A stretch of DNA of 20,000 bases from an uncultured virus (IMG/VR IMGVR_UViG_3300020049_015566) (IMGVR_UViG_3300020049_015566); one strand, 5' to 3'; counted from the first letter of the stretch, positions 1-9,359 are shown. Program-made: numbers and translations. Notes: a model not told the origin generated them from the letters alone.

Positions 1-52
1 TGCTGCCAGGGCGCGGGATGCCCTCCTTGAACTGCTGGAGAAGACAGCATGA
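1..52 (+). CDS. 3' end of an upstream CDS (partial, ...AARARDALLELLEKTA*)
   Basis: Open frame from nt 2 ends in TGA 50-52, overlapping the next ATG (ATGA), the coupling pattern used throughout this operon. Confidence 0.45.
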   Translation, partial: AARARDALLELLEKTA

Positions 53-282
53 GTTTTGAACAACTGACGATTCGCAGCACCTGCCTCTATGTGCTGAACA
101 ACGACGGTCCCAAGACCACCAAGGCCCTGTTCCTGGAGTGCCACACCCAGCTGGAGCCGAGTCCTAGCCCTTCCGAGGTCATTACTGAGCTAAACCTGAT
201 GGTCGAGCAAGGCCTGCTGGAAATTGTTGTAACCCCCACCGACCCCAAACAAGACCCCGTCTACGGAGTAAAGCTGAAATGA
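49..282 (+). CDS. Hypothetical protein, possible small winged-helix
   Basis: 77 aa, GGAG RBS upstream, overlaps the next start. The pattern GPKT..ALF...EV...LNLMVEQGLLE...VYG resembles a wHTH. Confidence 0.6.
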   Translation: MSFEQLTIRSTCLYVLNNDGPKTTKALFLECHTQLEPSPSPSEVITELNLMVEQGLLEIVVTPTDPKQDPVYGVKLK

Positions 283-986
283 AACCCCAAGCACTTGCTA
301 TTCGCGCTCATGAGCTCGCTTCCATCCTGGAAACCTTCGGTGAGCAGTTCCCCGAGCTCGAGGCTCAAACCCAGCGCACCGAAACGGGATCGGCGCACCT
401 GATCGAGTTTAAGGACGAGGGACAGGCCTCCTTCTTCATGGGACTGCTGGAAGGCGTTCGTGAGCTGCTGTACTTCGCCCCGCGTGAGCATATCGAAGGT
501 GATGAGAACTTCCGGCAGCTCCTGCCCTACGTCCTGGTCCATGGCCCAAACGAGGGTAGCGTCCTTGGCTATAACCGCCCCGGCAAGGGTCAAGGTGAAT
601 CCCGCCTGCAGGGTGCCTTCTCGATCGGCTTCGGGGGCCATGTTGAGCTCAAGGACTGGAGACCGGGGCAGTCCGTGGGGGAGATGCTCTCAGCCTGCGC
701 CGATCGCGAGCTGGCCGAAGAGCTGGGTGTGAACGCCTGCCAGCAGGTCCCCGCTCTTCCTTCGGCCCTTCTGGTTGACAACACCAACCTTGTCGGCCGT
801 GTCCATCTGGGCCTGGTTTACCAAACCTATGTGCGAGGGGACTTTGACGTCGACTCCTCCGAGGTCGAGAATCTGGTCTGGACCCCCCACAAGGAGATCA
901 GCGAGATTCAAAACCCCGAAAACTGGACGGCCATGCTGCTTGGCCTGCCTTTGCCTGGCTGGATTATTGAGGTCAAGGGAGACTGA
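279..986 (+). CDS. NUDIX-family hydrolase (predicted phosphoesterase, COG4112/YmaB-like)
   Basis: RQLLPY, GESRL..AFSIGFGGHV, Nudix-like CADRELAEELGV and VGRVHLG motifs. Confidence 0.85.
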   Translation: MKPQALAIRAHELASILETFGEQFPELEAQTQRTETGSAHLIEFKDEGQASFFMGLLEGVRELLYFAPREHIEGDENFRQLLPYVLVHGPNEGSVLGYNRPGKGQGESRLQGAFSIGFGGHVELKDWRPGQSVGEMLSACADRELAEELGVNACQQVPALPSALLVDNTNLVGRVHLGLVYQTYVRGDFDVDSSEVENLVWTPHKEISEIQNPENWTAMLLGLPLPGWIIEVKGD

Positions 987-987
987 C

Positions 988-1713
988 ATGGCCGACCAGG
1001 TGATGATCGACACCCTGGGGGTGACGACAAACCCGGAGGGGGAGAGCTGGGTAACCTTCTCCCCAGTCGGTCCCGCCTTCTCCCTCACCCCCCCATTCCA
1101 GGCCTCCGAGTTCCGGGTAGCCCCCGGTTCCCGGCTCGGCCGGGGTACCTTCCTGGATATCGACAAGTTCTCGGCTTCCAAGGGGATAAACACCCGGCGG
1201 TGGGGAGACAAGGTGGAGGCTGCCATCCAGGAGGTGGCCTGGGCCCTGCCGGTGCCGTACCTCCAGGCCCAGGTTCCCATTCATTACATGCGGACAGGGA
1301 GGGGTGGGGAGGTCCTGCGGGCCATGGTGGGGCTCTCCGGCCTGCTCATGGGGGCCACGGCGCTGACTCACCACTGGTTGACACTGCCGAAGACTATGCG
1401 GGATTCACGGGTCTGTGACAGCAACATCGGAGCCGTCGTGTGCTGGGGGGTGACCTCCGGCGACCAGCCCCTGATGCGGGAGGTGGAAAGGGCTGAACGA
1501 CGGACCCCCCTGCTTTGGCTAACGGATGATGAATTCCTCATCAAGTCCCCAGCAGGGAGGTGGGTGGACGCCGACAAGTTCCTGGCGGCGGCTGACAAGC
1601 TGCTCCGCCTTCCGGACTTCAACCCATATGCCGTGCTGAGAACCTGGGCGATCCAGCGCTATGAGCACCGGCAGTTTGACGTTGCCCCGCACCTTTACTT
1701 TCTCCACCGCTGA
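988..1713 (+). CDS. Hypothetical phage protein (241 aa)
   Basis: Start moved from 775 to ATG 988, which has an AGGGGAG RBS and lies directly after the NUDIX stop. No recognisable motif. Confidence 0.7.
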   Translation: MADQVMIDTLGVTTNPEGESWVTFSPVGPAFSLTPPFQASEFRVAPGSRLGRGTFLDIDKFSASKGINTRRWGDKVEAAIQEVAWALPVPYLQAQVPIHYMRTGRGGEVLRAMVGLSGLLMGATALTHHWLTLPKTMRDSRVCDSNIGAVVCWGVTSGDQPLMREVERAERRTPLLWLTDDEFLIKSPAGRWVDADKFLAAADKLLRLPDFNPYAVLRTWAIQRYEHRQFDVAPHLYFLHR

Positions 1714-1752
1714 GGGTTGGGCGGTGATTTACAACCTTGGAGTAGGCATAGC

Positions 1753-2343
1753 ATGAACTTTGAAGAAGCCCGAGGGTTATTCCCCGGCTGGAACCCGATG
1801 CACCAGATGATAAAGCCACAGCATCTGGACAAGCTCCGCCTCGTTACGGACCACGACCTGATAGCCTATGGGATTGACTTCCTGGAGTTACCGGCATCCG
1901 TTCGGGCGGAGGTAAGCGGACCGGAGGGTTTGTCCGGTTTCAACCTCCCGGACGTTCCGGCCAATTTCATCCGCATGGTCAGCCGGGTATTTCCCAATGT
2001 CGCCCACCTGCACCGATACCCTCGGTTGCTGGACGTCGACTTCTCCGAAGCTGTCGTCCACAACCACTGGATGTGGTTCGGCAGCTACCGGAAGATCCAC
2101 CTGCAGGACGGGGAATCCTCCATGTCATGGTTGAAGCCCCAAACGAACTATCAGGAATCCTCCGGCCACTTCCGGCGGGTGGCCACCAGTACCTTGCTGA
2201 TGGGTCGTGAGTGGATGAACTCGACTTGCCCCTGCGGGCCTTCCTGTCTGAGACCCGATCACTGGCAGCAACGGAGCACCGGCCCTGGTCGCGGTCGCTC
2301 CCCCAACCTTAATCTCCGTATCCCCAAGAGGACTGCCGAATGA
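1753..2343 (+). CDS. Hypothetical phage protein (196 aa)
   Basis: ATG 1753 preceded by GGAGTAGG; stop overlaps the next ATG. Confidence 0.65.
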   Translation: MNFEEARGLFPGWNPMHQMIKPQHLDKLRLVTDHDLIAYGIDFLELPASVRAEVSGPEGLSGFNLPDVPANFIRMVSRVFPNVAHLHRYPRLLDVDFSEAVVHNHWMWFGSYRKIHLQDGESSMSWLKPQTNYQESSGHFRRVATSTLLMGREWMNSTCPCGPSCLRPDHWQQRSTGPGRGRSPNLNLRIPKRTAE

Positions 2344-2552
2344 GCATCTATGACGTTTCTGGTGAACTGAACTCCCCCAAGGTCGACGCCCGCCTGCATG
2401 AATACTGGACCGAGTGCCAGCTTCACCGTCGTGAGCGGCAGTTGGACGACGAAGAATTCGCCGGCTGTATGCAGACAAACGCCGGCGATGGCAAGCTGCC
2501 CTTTGCCACCCGTATGAAGCTCCTCAAGTTCACGGGAGTCAAAGCCGCATGA
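2340..2552 (+). CDS. Hypothetical protein (70 aa)
   Basis: GAGGA RBS and ATGA overlaps at both ends. Confidence 0.65.
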   Translation: MSIYDVSGELNSPKVDARLHEYWTECQLHRRERQLDDEEFAGCMQTNAGDGKLPFATRMKLLKFTGVKAA

Positions 2553-3925
2553 AGAAGACCCTCCGGGCGTACCAGATCCAGGATCTGGCCCGCATGATTG
2601 CCGAACCCCGGCTGATCCACCGGGGGGAGCCCGCAACGGGCAAGACGGCGCCCTGTTGCGCGATGGCGCAGTATGTGTTCGAGTACGAGGGGGGCGCCAC
2701 CCTCTTCCTGCAACCGAAGTCGATCATCCAGAAGAACCGGCAGGAGATGCTGGACTGCACCAGCTGCTTCGACATTGATGATGTGATCATCTTCGACCCA
2801 CAGAAGATCCACAAGCTCCGCAAGCCACCGACGGTGATCCTCACCACGGCGGATACGCTGGTGCGGCACTGGGCGTCGATCCAGGCGATCACCTCCCGGC
2901 CGATCAAGCTCTGTCTGGCCGATGAATCCCACCTGTACTTCAGTTCCGACAAGGCGAAGCGGACCCAGTTCTGGTATTCGGTGATGGACAAGATCCCTCG
3001 CCTGATCGCCATGACTGGGACGCCGATCCGTGGCCGGATGGATTCCATCTACCCGGCGATCCACATGATCGAACCCCGTTACTATGGTTCCCAGAAGAAT
3101 TTCATCAACTACCACGCGCTGATGAGTTTCGAGGGCAAGATCATCGGCTGGACCAATCATCTCAAGCTCGGCCGGATTCTGAACCAGCATGCTATCAACC
3201 GGACTTTCAAGGAATGCTATGGGGAGGAGAAGAAGCTGCTGCTCCCGGTGACGCTGGAGATGAGTTCCCAGCACCGCAAGTTCTATGACCAGTTCCATGA
3301 AATGGCGGTCCTGGAACTGGACAATGATGACGTCCTGACAGCAACCAACGAGGCGGTGGCCGTCATGCGGGCCCGTCAGATCATTGCCCACCCTGAGAGC
3401 ATCGGCATTGAAGGGTGGAAGGATGAGGTCCTGCCGAAGGATCAGTGGATCCTGGAGGAGGTAGTCCCGAATTATAACTCCGCCCTGATCTTCTGCACGC
3501 TGGTGAAGGAACAGGAACGATTGAAGAACCTCCTGGAGGCCGAGGGGTTACGGGTCGGCCTGATCAACGGCTCTGTCAGCCTCAGCCGGCGGGCGGAGAT
3601 CGACCGGATGTTCCAGGCAGGTGAGCTGGACTTCATCGTGGCCTCCCCGGCAACAGCCGGTGTGGGCTTCAACTGGCAGCGGGCGGAGTGTGTTGTCTTT
3701 GTGAGCTGTGACTATATGGACGACAACATCGTTCAGGCGTATCGTCGAGCAATTCGCGGCGTGCGCGACACTACGTTGCCGATCTATATCCTGCGCTACG
3801 CAAAGACGGTCGAGAAACGCATCCTGCAGATCCTGGAAACGAAGAGTGCCCTGGCGGCCAAGATTGACCCCACCCGCGAGGCCCTGGCCGGTCTCTATAC
3901 TGATGAGGATTTCTATGATGTCTGA
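2549..3925 (+). CDS. Superfamily 2 (SNF2-like) DNA helicase
   Basis: Q-motif LRAYQ, Walker A ATGKT, motif II DESH, motif III MTGTP, motif V AGVGFN, motif VI QAYRRAIR. Confidence 0.92.
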   Translation: MKKTLRAYQIQDLARMIAEPRLIHRGEPATGKTAPCCAMAQYVFEYEGGATLFLQPKSIIQKNRQEMLDCTSCFDIDDVIIFDPQKIHKLRKPPTVILTTADTLVRHWASIQAITSRPIKLCLADESHLYFSSDKAKRTQFWYSVMDKIPRLIAMTGTPIRGRMDSIYPAIHMIEPRYYGSQKNFINYHALMSFEGKIIGWTNHLKLGRILNQHAINRTFKECYGEEKKLLLPVTLEMSSQHRKFYDQFHEMAVLELDNDDVLTATNEAVAVMRARQIIAHPESIGIEGWKDEVLPKDQWILEEVVPNYNSALIFCTLVKEQERLKNLLEAEGLRVGLINGSVSLSRRAEIDRMFQAGELDFIVASPATAGVGFNWQRAECVVFVSCDYMDDNIVQAYRRAIRGVRDTTLPIYILRYAKTVEKRILQILETKSALAAKIDPTREALAGLYTDEDFYDV

Positions 3926-4115
3926 ACGAACCCGTAACCTTGGGAAGGTCCTGTACTACTGGGCTGAAGGCTATAACGTCACCCTCCGGCAGGTCTGGGC
4001 GGGCACCCCTGGCTGGTTTGGGCTGCTTGTGTTCCTGATGGTCATTACGCCCTTCATGCCGATCCTGCTGATCACCAGCCTGGTTTTGGGGGTTCCCGAT
4101 GACGACGCCCCCTGA
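3918..4115 (+). CDS. Small membrane protein (65 aa)
   Basis: ATG 3918 (or 3915) after GAGGA; long hydrophobic stretch GWFGLLVFLMVITPFMPILLITSLVLG. Confidence 0.65.
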   Translation: MSERTRNLGKVLYYWAEGYNVTLRQVWAGTPGWFGLLVFLMVITPFMPILLITSLVLGVPDDDAP

Positions 4116-4380
4116 GCTCTCGGATCTGGAGCATGCCCTCTGGTTCGTGAAGACCTACTGCCCGCACTGGCCGATTGTCGGCCGGGACTGGCAGACGTTG
4201 GACGGAACTCAAGAGGAGCACCGGGAGGAGGCTGAACGCTGCTATGCGTTGCTTGAAAAGGCCGGTTTGATCGAGCTGGCCCTCCGGCCTCCGCGGGCTA
4301 AGCCGTGGCGTTCCGGGAAGCCCAACTTCATCGCCCATAGTCCAGAGGAGAAGAAGGTATGCCTACATTGCCAAAGGTAG
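4099..4380 (+). CDS. Hypothetical protein (93 aa)
   Basis: Fills the gap between neighbours with short overlaps; no recognised motif. Confidence 0.55.
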   Translation: MTTPPELSDLEHALWFVKTYCPHWPIVGRDWQTLDGTQEEHREEAERCYALLEKAGLIELALRPPRAKPWRSGKPNFIAHSPEEKKVCLHCQR

Positions 4381-4799
4381 GGAGGGTCAAGCAGACTCTG
4401 ATTGACCGGGTGCTGAAGGAGAACGAGTTCAGCAGCCTCCAGGAGATGTTTGATTACTACCTGAAGGAAGGGCATGGCCCCTATCAGATTGCGCTCTTCC
4501 TGGGGATCCACCGTCGGACGGTGCATAGCTGGGCGATTGAAGCCGGCGTGGTGCTTCCGAAGCGCTGTGAGAAGAGGGCCTTCCCCAAGAGTCCCATGCC
4601 GCCCCAGGCGCTGGAAGCATCCAAGGAGGTCTGTACGCGGTGGATTGACTGGAGAGGTCAACGTGTCAGCATGCAGGATGCCGCCAAGCGCCTGGGGATC
4701 ACTGGGCAGGCTATGGCGTATCGGCTGGATAACTGGAATAATCTGGAGCGGGCAATGACTGAGAGGCGTGACCCCAACGCCGGAGGGAGAACACGATGA
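4359..4799 (+). CDS. DNA-binding protein with two predicted helix-turn-helix units
   Basis: HTH-like GPYQIALFLGIHRRTVHSWA and SMQDAAKRLGITGQAMAYRL; GAGGAG RBS. Confidence 0.75.
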   Translation: MPTLPKVGRVKQTLIDRVLKENEFSSLQEMFDYYLKEGHGPYQIALFLGIHRRTVHSWAIEAGVVLPKRCEKRAFPKSPMPPQALEASKEVCTRWIDWRGQRVSMQDAAKRLGITGQAMAYRLDNWNNLERAMTERRDPNAGGRTR

Positions 4800-4936
4800 A
4801 GAAATTTCTGATGCTGCTGATTGCTGTAACCCTGACGGGCTGCGCTGGTCAACTTCCGGTCCCCTGCCTTGAGATCAAGATCTGCCCCACCCAGGTGGTG
4901 GGTTTTAGCACCGGAGGTGGGGATGTACTACGTTAA
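4796..4936 (+). CDS. Small lipoprotein, 46 aa (not in ORF track): MKKFLMLLIAVTLTGCAGQLPVPCLEIKICPTQVVGFSTGGGDVLR
   Basis: GGAGGGAG RBS and ATGA overlap with the previous stop. Basic N-terminus, hydrophobic core and LTGC lipobox with Cys16. Confidence 0.8.
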   Translation: MKKFLMLLIAVTLTGCAGQLPVPCLEIKICPTQVVGFSTGGGDVLR

Positions 4937-5171
4937 GGCCTACCTGATCTTCATGACGGTCTTCTTCATCCTGTATCTGTGGGAGACTGCCAGCTGTGTT
5001 CGGGACGTAGAAGACCAGGGTGCAGTCGTTCCCTTCTTCGTTCTCCGGAACATTATCCTCCGCGACTTCACGCATGCTTTCTTTTGGCCAGTGATTGCAA
5101 CCGGTGTCTATCTGACCTGGGCCTTGATGTCGGGTCAGAAGATTTACAAAAGGCTCACAAAGAAGTCGTAG
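4923..5171 (+). CDS. Small membrane protein (82 aa, two hydrophobic segments)
   Basis: ATG 4923 preceded by GGAGGTG; hydrophobic stretches AYLIFMTVFFILYLW and AFFWPVIATGVYLTWALM. Confidence 0.7.
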   Translation: MYYVKAYLIFMTVFFILYLWETASCVRDVEDQGAVVPFFVLRNIILRDFTHAFFWPVIATGVYLTWALMSGQKIYKRLTKKS

Positions 5172-5270
5172 ACGGGTTGGGAGACGCCCCTTAAACTGAA
5201 ACCTCACCAGCCAGTTCTTACTAACCTAACTTTTTCGGGTCGGGCTTTTCAAGCGGCAGGTGCTTTCCAC

Positions 5271-5296
5271 CCTCCCCCTCGGGGGAGGTTTTTTTT
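5271..5296 (+). terminator. Intrinsic terminator
   Basis: CCTCCCC-ctcg-GGGGAGG followed by T8. Confidence 0.9.
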
Positions 5297-5303
5297 ACCC
5301 TAG

Positions 5304-5375
5304 TTGAAGGTGCCCTGCGTTGACATCAGCGCACGGCGGTTCCCAAGACCCCGTGGTCGATCCGGGCACCTTCAA
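5304..5375 (+). other. Multibranch structured element upstream of the SSB-like gene (candidate ncRNA or cis-regulatory RNA)
   Basis: Perfect 12-bp inverted repeat TTGAAGGTGCCC (5304-5315) / GGGCACCTTCAA (5364-5375). It encloses hairpins TGCGTTG-acat-CAGCGCA and GGT-tcccaag-ACC. Confidence 0.5.
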
Positions 5376-5469
5376 GTGGGGTACGAGAAAAAAGCAGTTG
5401 GAGCTTTACCACACTATAGGCTATGGACAGCCTGCCAACTCAAACACACTCTTTTACGAGACCTGAATC

Positions 5470-6159
5470 ATGACCCAGAACCACATTCAAGACCAGATCG
5501 AAGCCGCCCGCAAGCTCGCTCAAGAGCAAGCCAACGCCCTCCCCGCGGCTGACACGACTGTCGCCACCGTTACCCCCGGTGCCAACCAGGTTGCCCTCCC
5601 CACTGCCGGCAAGAAAGTCACCATGGAAGACCTGATGGTCGGCCAGATGGCTGTCGACGGCTGGATGAAGGTTGCCTTCGACGGCATCAAGGTCGGTGAG
5701 TCGAAGTTCATCGACGAAGCCGGCTTCACTGCCATCATCGACGCCCGCGAAGGTGTCGGCTACACCCCTCAGCTGTCCATCAAGTTCGGACAGTCTCCGG
5801 TCAACTACCTGAAGACCTATGACCAGGTAACGGCCAGCAACGGCAAGTCCTGGCCGGATGAGCTGGTGCGTATCGGCCAGCAGTTCCCGACGGCCCGTCC
5901 GTACCCCTCGGCGGATGTCATTGCCATGCTGGTCAAGGATACCGGCACCCTGAAGGCAGGTCAGAACGTGGGCTATGCCCTGGCGACGACCTCCTTCAAG
6001 CACTTCGCCAACTTCCTGCGGGACGTTGAAAGTGCCGGCCTGAAGGGTGAGCGCGTGCTGGTGCAGATCAGCTGCATCCCGAAGGAAGGCAAGGGTAACA
6101 AGTGGGGTGAAGTCAAATACACCCTGATTGGCCCGGCCGACGCTGGCGGCGAGGAGTAA
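5470..6159 (+). CDS. Putative single-stranded DNA-binding protein (229 aa)
   Basis: Beta-rich body, acidic C-terminal tail DAGGEE, strongly biased codon use, bracketed by terminators, located between helicase and exonuclease/polymerase. Function is inferred from context. Confidence 0.55.
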   Translation: MTQNHIQDQIEAARKLAQEQANALPAADTTVATVTPGANQVALPTAGKKVTMEDLMVGQMAVDGWMKVAFDGIKVGESKFIDEAGFTAIIDAREGVGYTPQLSIKFGQSPVNYLKTYDQVTASNGKSWPDELVRIGQQFPTARPYPSADVIAMLVKDTGTLKAGQNVGYALATTSFKHFANFLRDVESAGLKGERVLVQISCIPKEGKGNKWGEVKYTLIGPADAGGEE

Positions 6160-6184
6160 TCCTCAACGCAGGAGGCGTAACGAG

Positions 6185-6211
6185 AAGGCCCACCGCAAGG
6201 TGGGCCTTTTT
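6185..6211 (+). terminator. Intrinsic terminator
   Basis: AAGGCCCACC-gcaa-GGTGGGCCTT followed by Ts. Confidence 0.9.
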
Positions 6212-6235
6212 CATATCTGAAATCTGGAGTAGTGC

Positions 6236-7009
6236 ATGAAAATCCAACTGATTGATGCCAACAACTACCTCCGCCGGAAGTTCGAGTCCTCGTTCAACGT
6301 CCCCTCGATCGTCCCCTTGCTTAGCCCTGAACCGATGTTCTGGGTCTTCGACGGCAAGGGCGCCCTGAAGGCCCGACAGGACCTCTACCCTGGCTACAAG
6401 GCCAAGCGGGACCGTGAGACGCCGACCAACAACGGTGCCTATGCGATGCTGCAGACGATCCGTGAGGAGCTCCTGATCCACACCGGCGGGTATATCGTTC
6501 GGGTGCCGGGCATGGAAGCCGACGATATCATTGCCCACCTGGCCGGGACGTTCAGCGGCCAGGGGATTGACGTCTGGGTCGAGTCGAACGACGGCGACTT
6601 CCACAGCCTCGTGGACGAGCGGGTTACCCTGGCTACCCCCCCAGGGTGGACTTCCGAGATCGCACCAAAGGACGTCCGCCTCTACAAGACGCTCGTCGGA
6701 GACCAAAGCGATAATATCCCGGGGCTGAAAGGCTTTGGTGAGAAGGGCTGGAAGGCGCTGTCGGAGGGGGAGAGGCAGCTGTGGAAGGAGTTCTTCCAGG
6801 GTGGAACAGACTGCGACATCCGGAGCATGCTGAAGCCCTCTCAGCTGGAGTGGTTCAACGCCGGCGGGGACAAGCTGCTTCGTATCTTCTGGAAGGTCGT
6901 CGGCTTCCTGCCGGTCACCGACGAGCTCATCAACCGGCACACCGTGGCTGGAGTCAAGGATGCCAAGGCCTACAGTGACGTTCTGAGGAAGTACATGTGG
7001 ACGATCTGA
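6236..7009 (+). CDS. 5'-3' exonuclease / flap endonuclease (PolI N-terminal, T4 RNase H-like)
   Basis: LIDAN, VFDG, R..LYPGYKAKR, EADDII, SNDGDF and LVGDQSDNIPGLKGFGEK (H3TH) motifs. Confidence 0.95.
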   Translation: MKIQLIDANNYLRRKFESSFNVPSIVPLLSPEPMFWVFDGKGALKARQDLYPGYKAKRDRETPTNNGAYAMLQTIREELLIHTGGYIVRVPGMEADDIIAHLAGTFSGQGIDVWVESNDGDFHSLVDERVTLATPPGWTSEIAPKDVRLYKTLVGDQSDNIPGLKGFGEKGWKALSEGERQLWKEFFQGGTDCDIRSMLKPSQLEWFNAGGDKLLRIFWKVVGFLPVTDELINRHTVAGVKDAKAYSDVLRKYMWTI

Positions 7010-7227
7010 AGCTAAGCCTCCGCCGGGGAGCCAACCTGGTGGACACCATCCGCACCCGGTTCCCCAAGACTCCCCCAACGGAGTATTACCACTGGCAAGA
7101 GAGCCTGGATGCCATCTGGGCCCTTTATGATAACGCTGTGATCGACGCACTCCAGGCCAAGAAGGCCAAGGCAGTGCTGAAAAAGCAGATCCAAACCGGA
7201 GTAAAACGCTATGCAAATGCCGAGTAG
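6997..7227 (+). CDS. Hypothetical protein (76 aa, GTG start)
   Basis: GAGGAAG RBS; bridges the exonuclease and polymerase with short overlaps. Confidence 0.6.
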   Translation: MDDLKLSLRRGANLVDTIRTRFPKTPPTEYYHWQESLDAIWALYDNAVIDALQAKKAKAVLKKQIQTGVKRYANAE

Positions 7228-8800
7228 CATCCTGGTCGACCGCCGTAACATCCAGCAGGTCCGTGACCTGATCCTGGAGGACATGCGGTCATCCGGCCTG
7301 AAGGGGCTGGACATCGAGACCACCAACCGCTTCGCGCATGAGGGGATCCTCAAGCTCGAAAGCAAGAAGACGATCTTTGACATCCGCCGCACGGTGATCA
7401 CCGGCTTGTCTGTCTACGCCGACGGCGCCAACCGCTGCTGGTACTTCAACCTCTTCCACGCCGACGAGGCGAACCGCCTGACCTGGCCGGAAGTGCGTGA
7501 ATTCCTTGAGGCCCCTGGCCGCAACCCCTTCTGGGTGATCCACAACGCCCCGTTTGAAATCACGATGTTCGAGAAGTGTGTTGGCTTCAACCTGGGCACC
7601 AACGTCATCTGCAGCCTGCAGCTCTGCGTCACGGCCTACGGCCCGGACACTTACCCCTTGTCGAAGTTCATCACCCCGGACATCGGGGGTATCGCCCGGC
7701 TGATGCCGGCCATCAGCAAGGCCTTCGCCGGATATCAGAAGGGGGATCCGATGACGGCCGACCAGGAGGAGCTCCTGTTCAAGGTCATCGCCAAGGAGAG
7801 TGACGCCGAGCACAGCTACAACGGCTATGTGAAGTCCCTGGCCTACGGCTATGGTCTCAAGCAGGCCGTCAAGAGCTGGTTCGAGTACGAGATGATGCCC
7901 TATGACGCCCTGCTCAAGGCGCACAACGCCACGCGCATGTGCGAGCTCACCGGCGACCAGGTAGTGGCCTATGGCTGCGACGATGCCTTCTGGTGTGTGA
8001 AGCTGTACCACCGGGTGCTGCAATACATGATGGAGACCAACCCGCTGGCGGTGGAGACCTTCTTCACCCAGGAGAACCCAATGGTGCATGAGTATGCCGC
8101 CATCTGGCAGGGGGGTCTGCGGGTCAACAAGGCGAACATCCTCAAGCGGATGGATATGGAGCGCAAGGAGGCCGCCGCCCAGCTCCGCAAGATGAAGGCG
8201 GCGGTGCGTCAGTTGCGCTTCGAGAAGGACCCTCACGAGAAGCTGCTGAAGTACGACGCCAAGTGGTATGAGAAGAACGGTGAGAAGTACCGCACGATGA
8301 TCATGTCGTGGGCCGAGTCCCCTGACAGCGACGACGACTTCAAGCAGGTGATGCAGGTGCGCTCACCGACCTCCTCCGGCTGGGCGGCTGACCGAGGGGT
8401 GGCTGAATCGAAGGGGGTCAACCTCAACCACTACATGCCGATGCGGGTGATGCTGTACGACCTCTGCGGCCTCTCTTTCCAGCTGGCGGACGGCAAGGTG
8501 CAGTCGGACGACGAGGCCCGCAAGACGATGTTCCGTCGCTATGCCAGGAAGTGGGCTGAGAGTCACGGCGTGGAACTGGACAAGGTCTTCGACGTGGAGA
8601 AGCTGAAGGTCCTGTCGGAGCCGCTGCGGGAGGATCCGGTTGTTCAGGTGCTGATGGCCTACATGCAACTGGCGGGTATCGAGCAGCGCATGAAGCTGTA
8701 CCTGACGCCCTACCTGATGATGGTCGACCCGGAAACGGATTGTATGTACCCGGTGCTGTCGAGCCGGTTGGCGACGAGACGGACGAGCTGTCAATTTCCT
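7211..8800 (+). CDS. polA: Family A DNA polymerase, exon 1 (3'-5' exonuclease domain and thumb). Spliced CDS join(7211..8800,9068..9359,9640..10346) = 862 aa
   Basis: ExoI GLDIET, ExoII HNAPFE, ExoIII YGCDDA. Ends ATRRTSCQFP, equivalent to TGRLSS.NP of PolI. Confidence 0.93.
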
Positions 8801-9067
8801 AAATGTTGGGCTTCAGTGGCGTAAGCTGCTGTCGAAAGCTACCTAATTCGGGAGAACACCCTCTGGGGTCAATCACCGAGCTAAGTGTAGGGGGAACCCT
8901 GCTAAATGCGTAACGACCATCCCGCAAGGGAGTACAGCCAAGCGGCTGGAAATGGTAGTCACCCCACCGGGTAAGGCCGAGGGTGTTGATATGGTCTGAT
9001 CTGCATGGTGACATGCAGCTGCCGGAGAGGCGGCCTGGGTCTAGCGTCCCCAGGTGAACATAAATTG
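8801..9067 (+). ncRNA. Group I intron 1 (IA2/td-like, 267 nt, no ORF)
   Basis: 5' exon ends in U8800 and the intron ends in G9067. P1: CCU|AA-aug-UUGGG with U.G pair. P10: GUU 8805-8807 with exon AAC. P2 has a GUAA loop. P3 GCUACC 8838-8843 / GGUAGU 8954-8959. P AAUUCGGGAGAAC, Q AAUCACCGAGC. P7 GACCA 8915-8919 / UGGUC 8992-8996. P7.1, P7.2 and P9 hairpins present. Excision restores FP|NGQQL. Confidence 0.93.
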
Positions 9068-9359
9068 AACGGACAGCAGTTGGCGAAGTACGGGGGGAGC
9101 GCCTATGTGCGGGGCTTCTTCCTGCCAGACCAGGATGACCATGTATTGGTTTCAGCAGACTGGTCGGCCATTGAGCTAGGCATCATCGCGCAGTATTCGC
9201 TCGACCCGGCCTTCATCAAGGCCTATGGTCAGCGGCCACACGATGACCTGCACAGCTGGACAGCCTCGCAGATGATGCGGATGTCGTTGGAGGAGTTCAA
9301 CAAGCTCCCCGACAAGAAGCAGTTACGTACAGATTTGGGGAAGGGTGGGAATTTCGGCT
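9068..9359 (+). CDS. polA: Family A DNA polymerase, exon 2 (motif A and start of motif B)
   Basis: NGQQLAK...VRGFF...VLVSADWSAIEL (motif A)...DDLH...RTDLGKGGNFG (motif B). Confidence 0.93.

Noticed and set aside
5320..5348. Sigma70 promoter from TTGACA at 5320-5325
   Set aside because: No acceptable -10 element at 16-18 bp spacing, and the hexamer lies in a hairpin.
5306..5374. Canonical tRNA gene (Trp or Gly-like loop)
   Set aside because: The anticodon stem and T-arm compete for the same bases, there is no variable loop, no GTTC and no CCA. Kept only as a tRNA-like structure.
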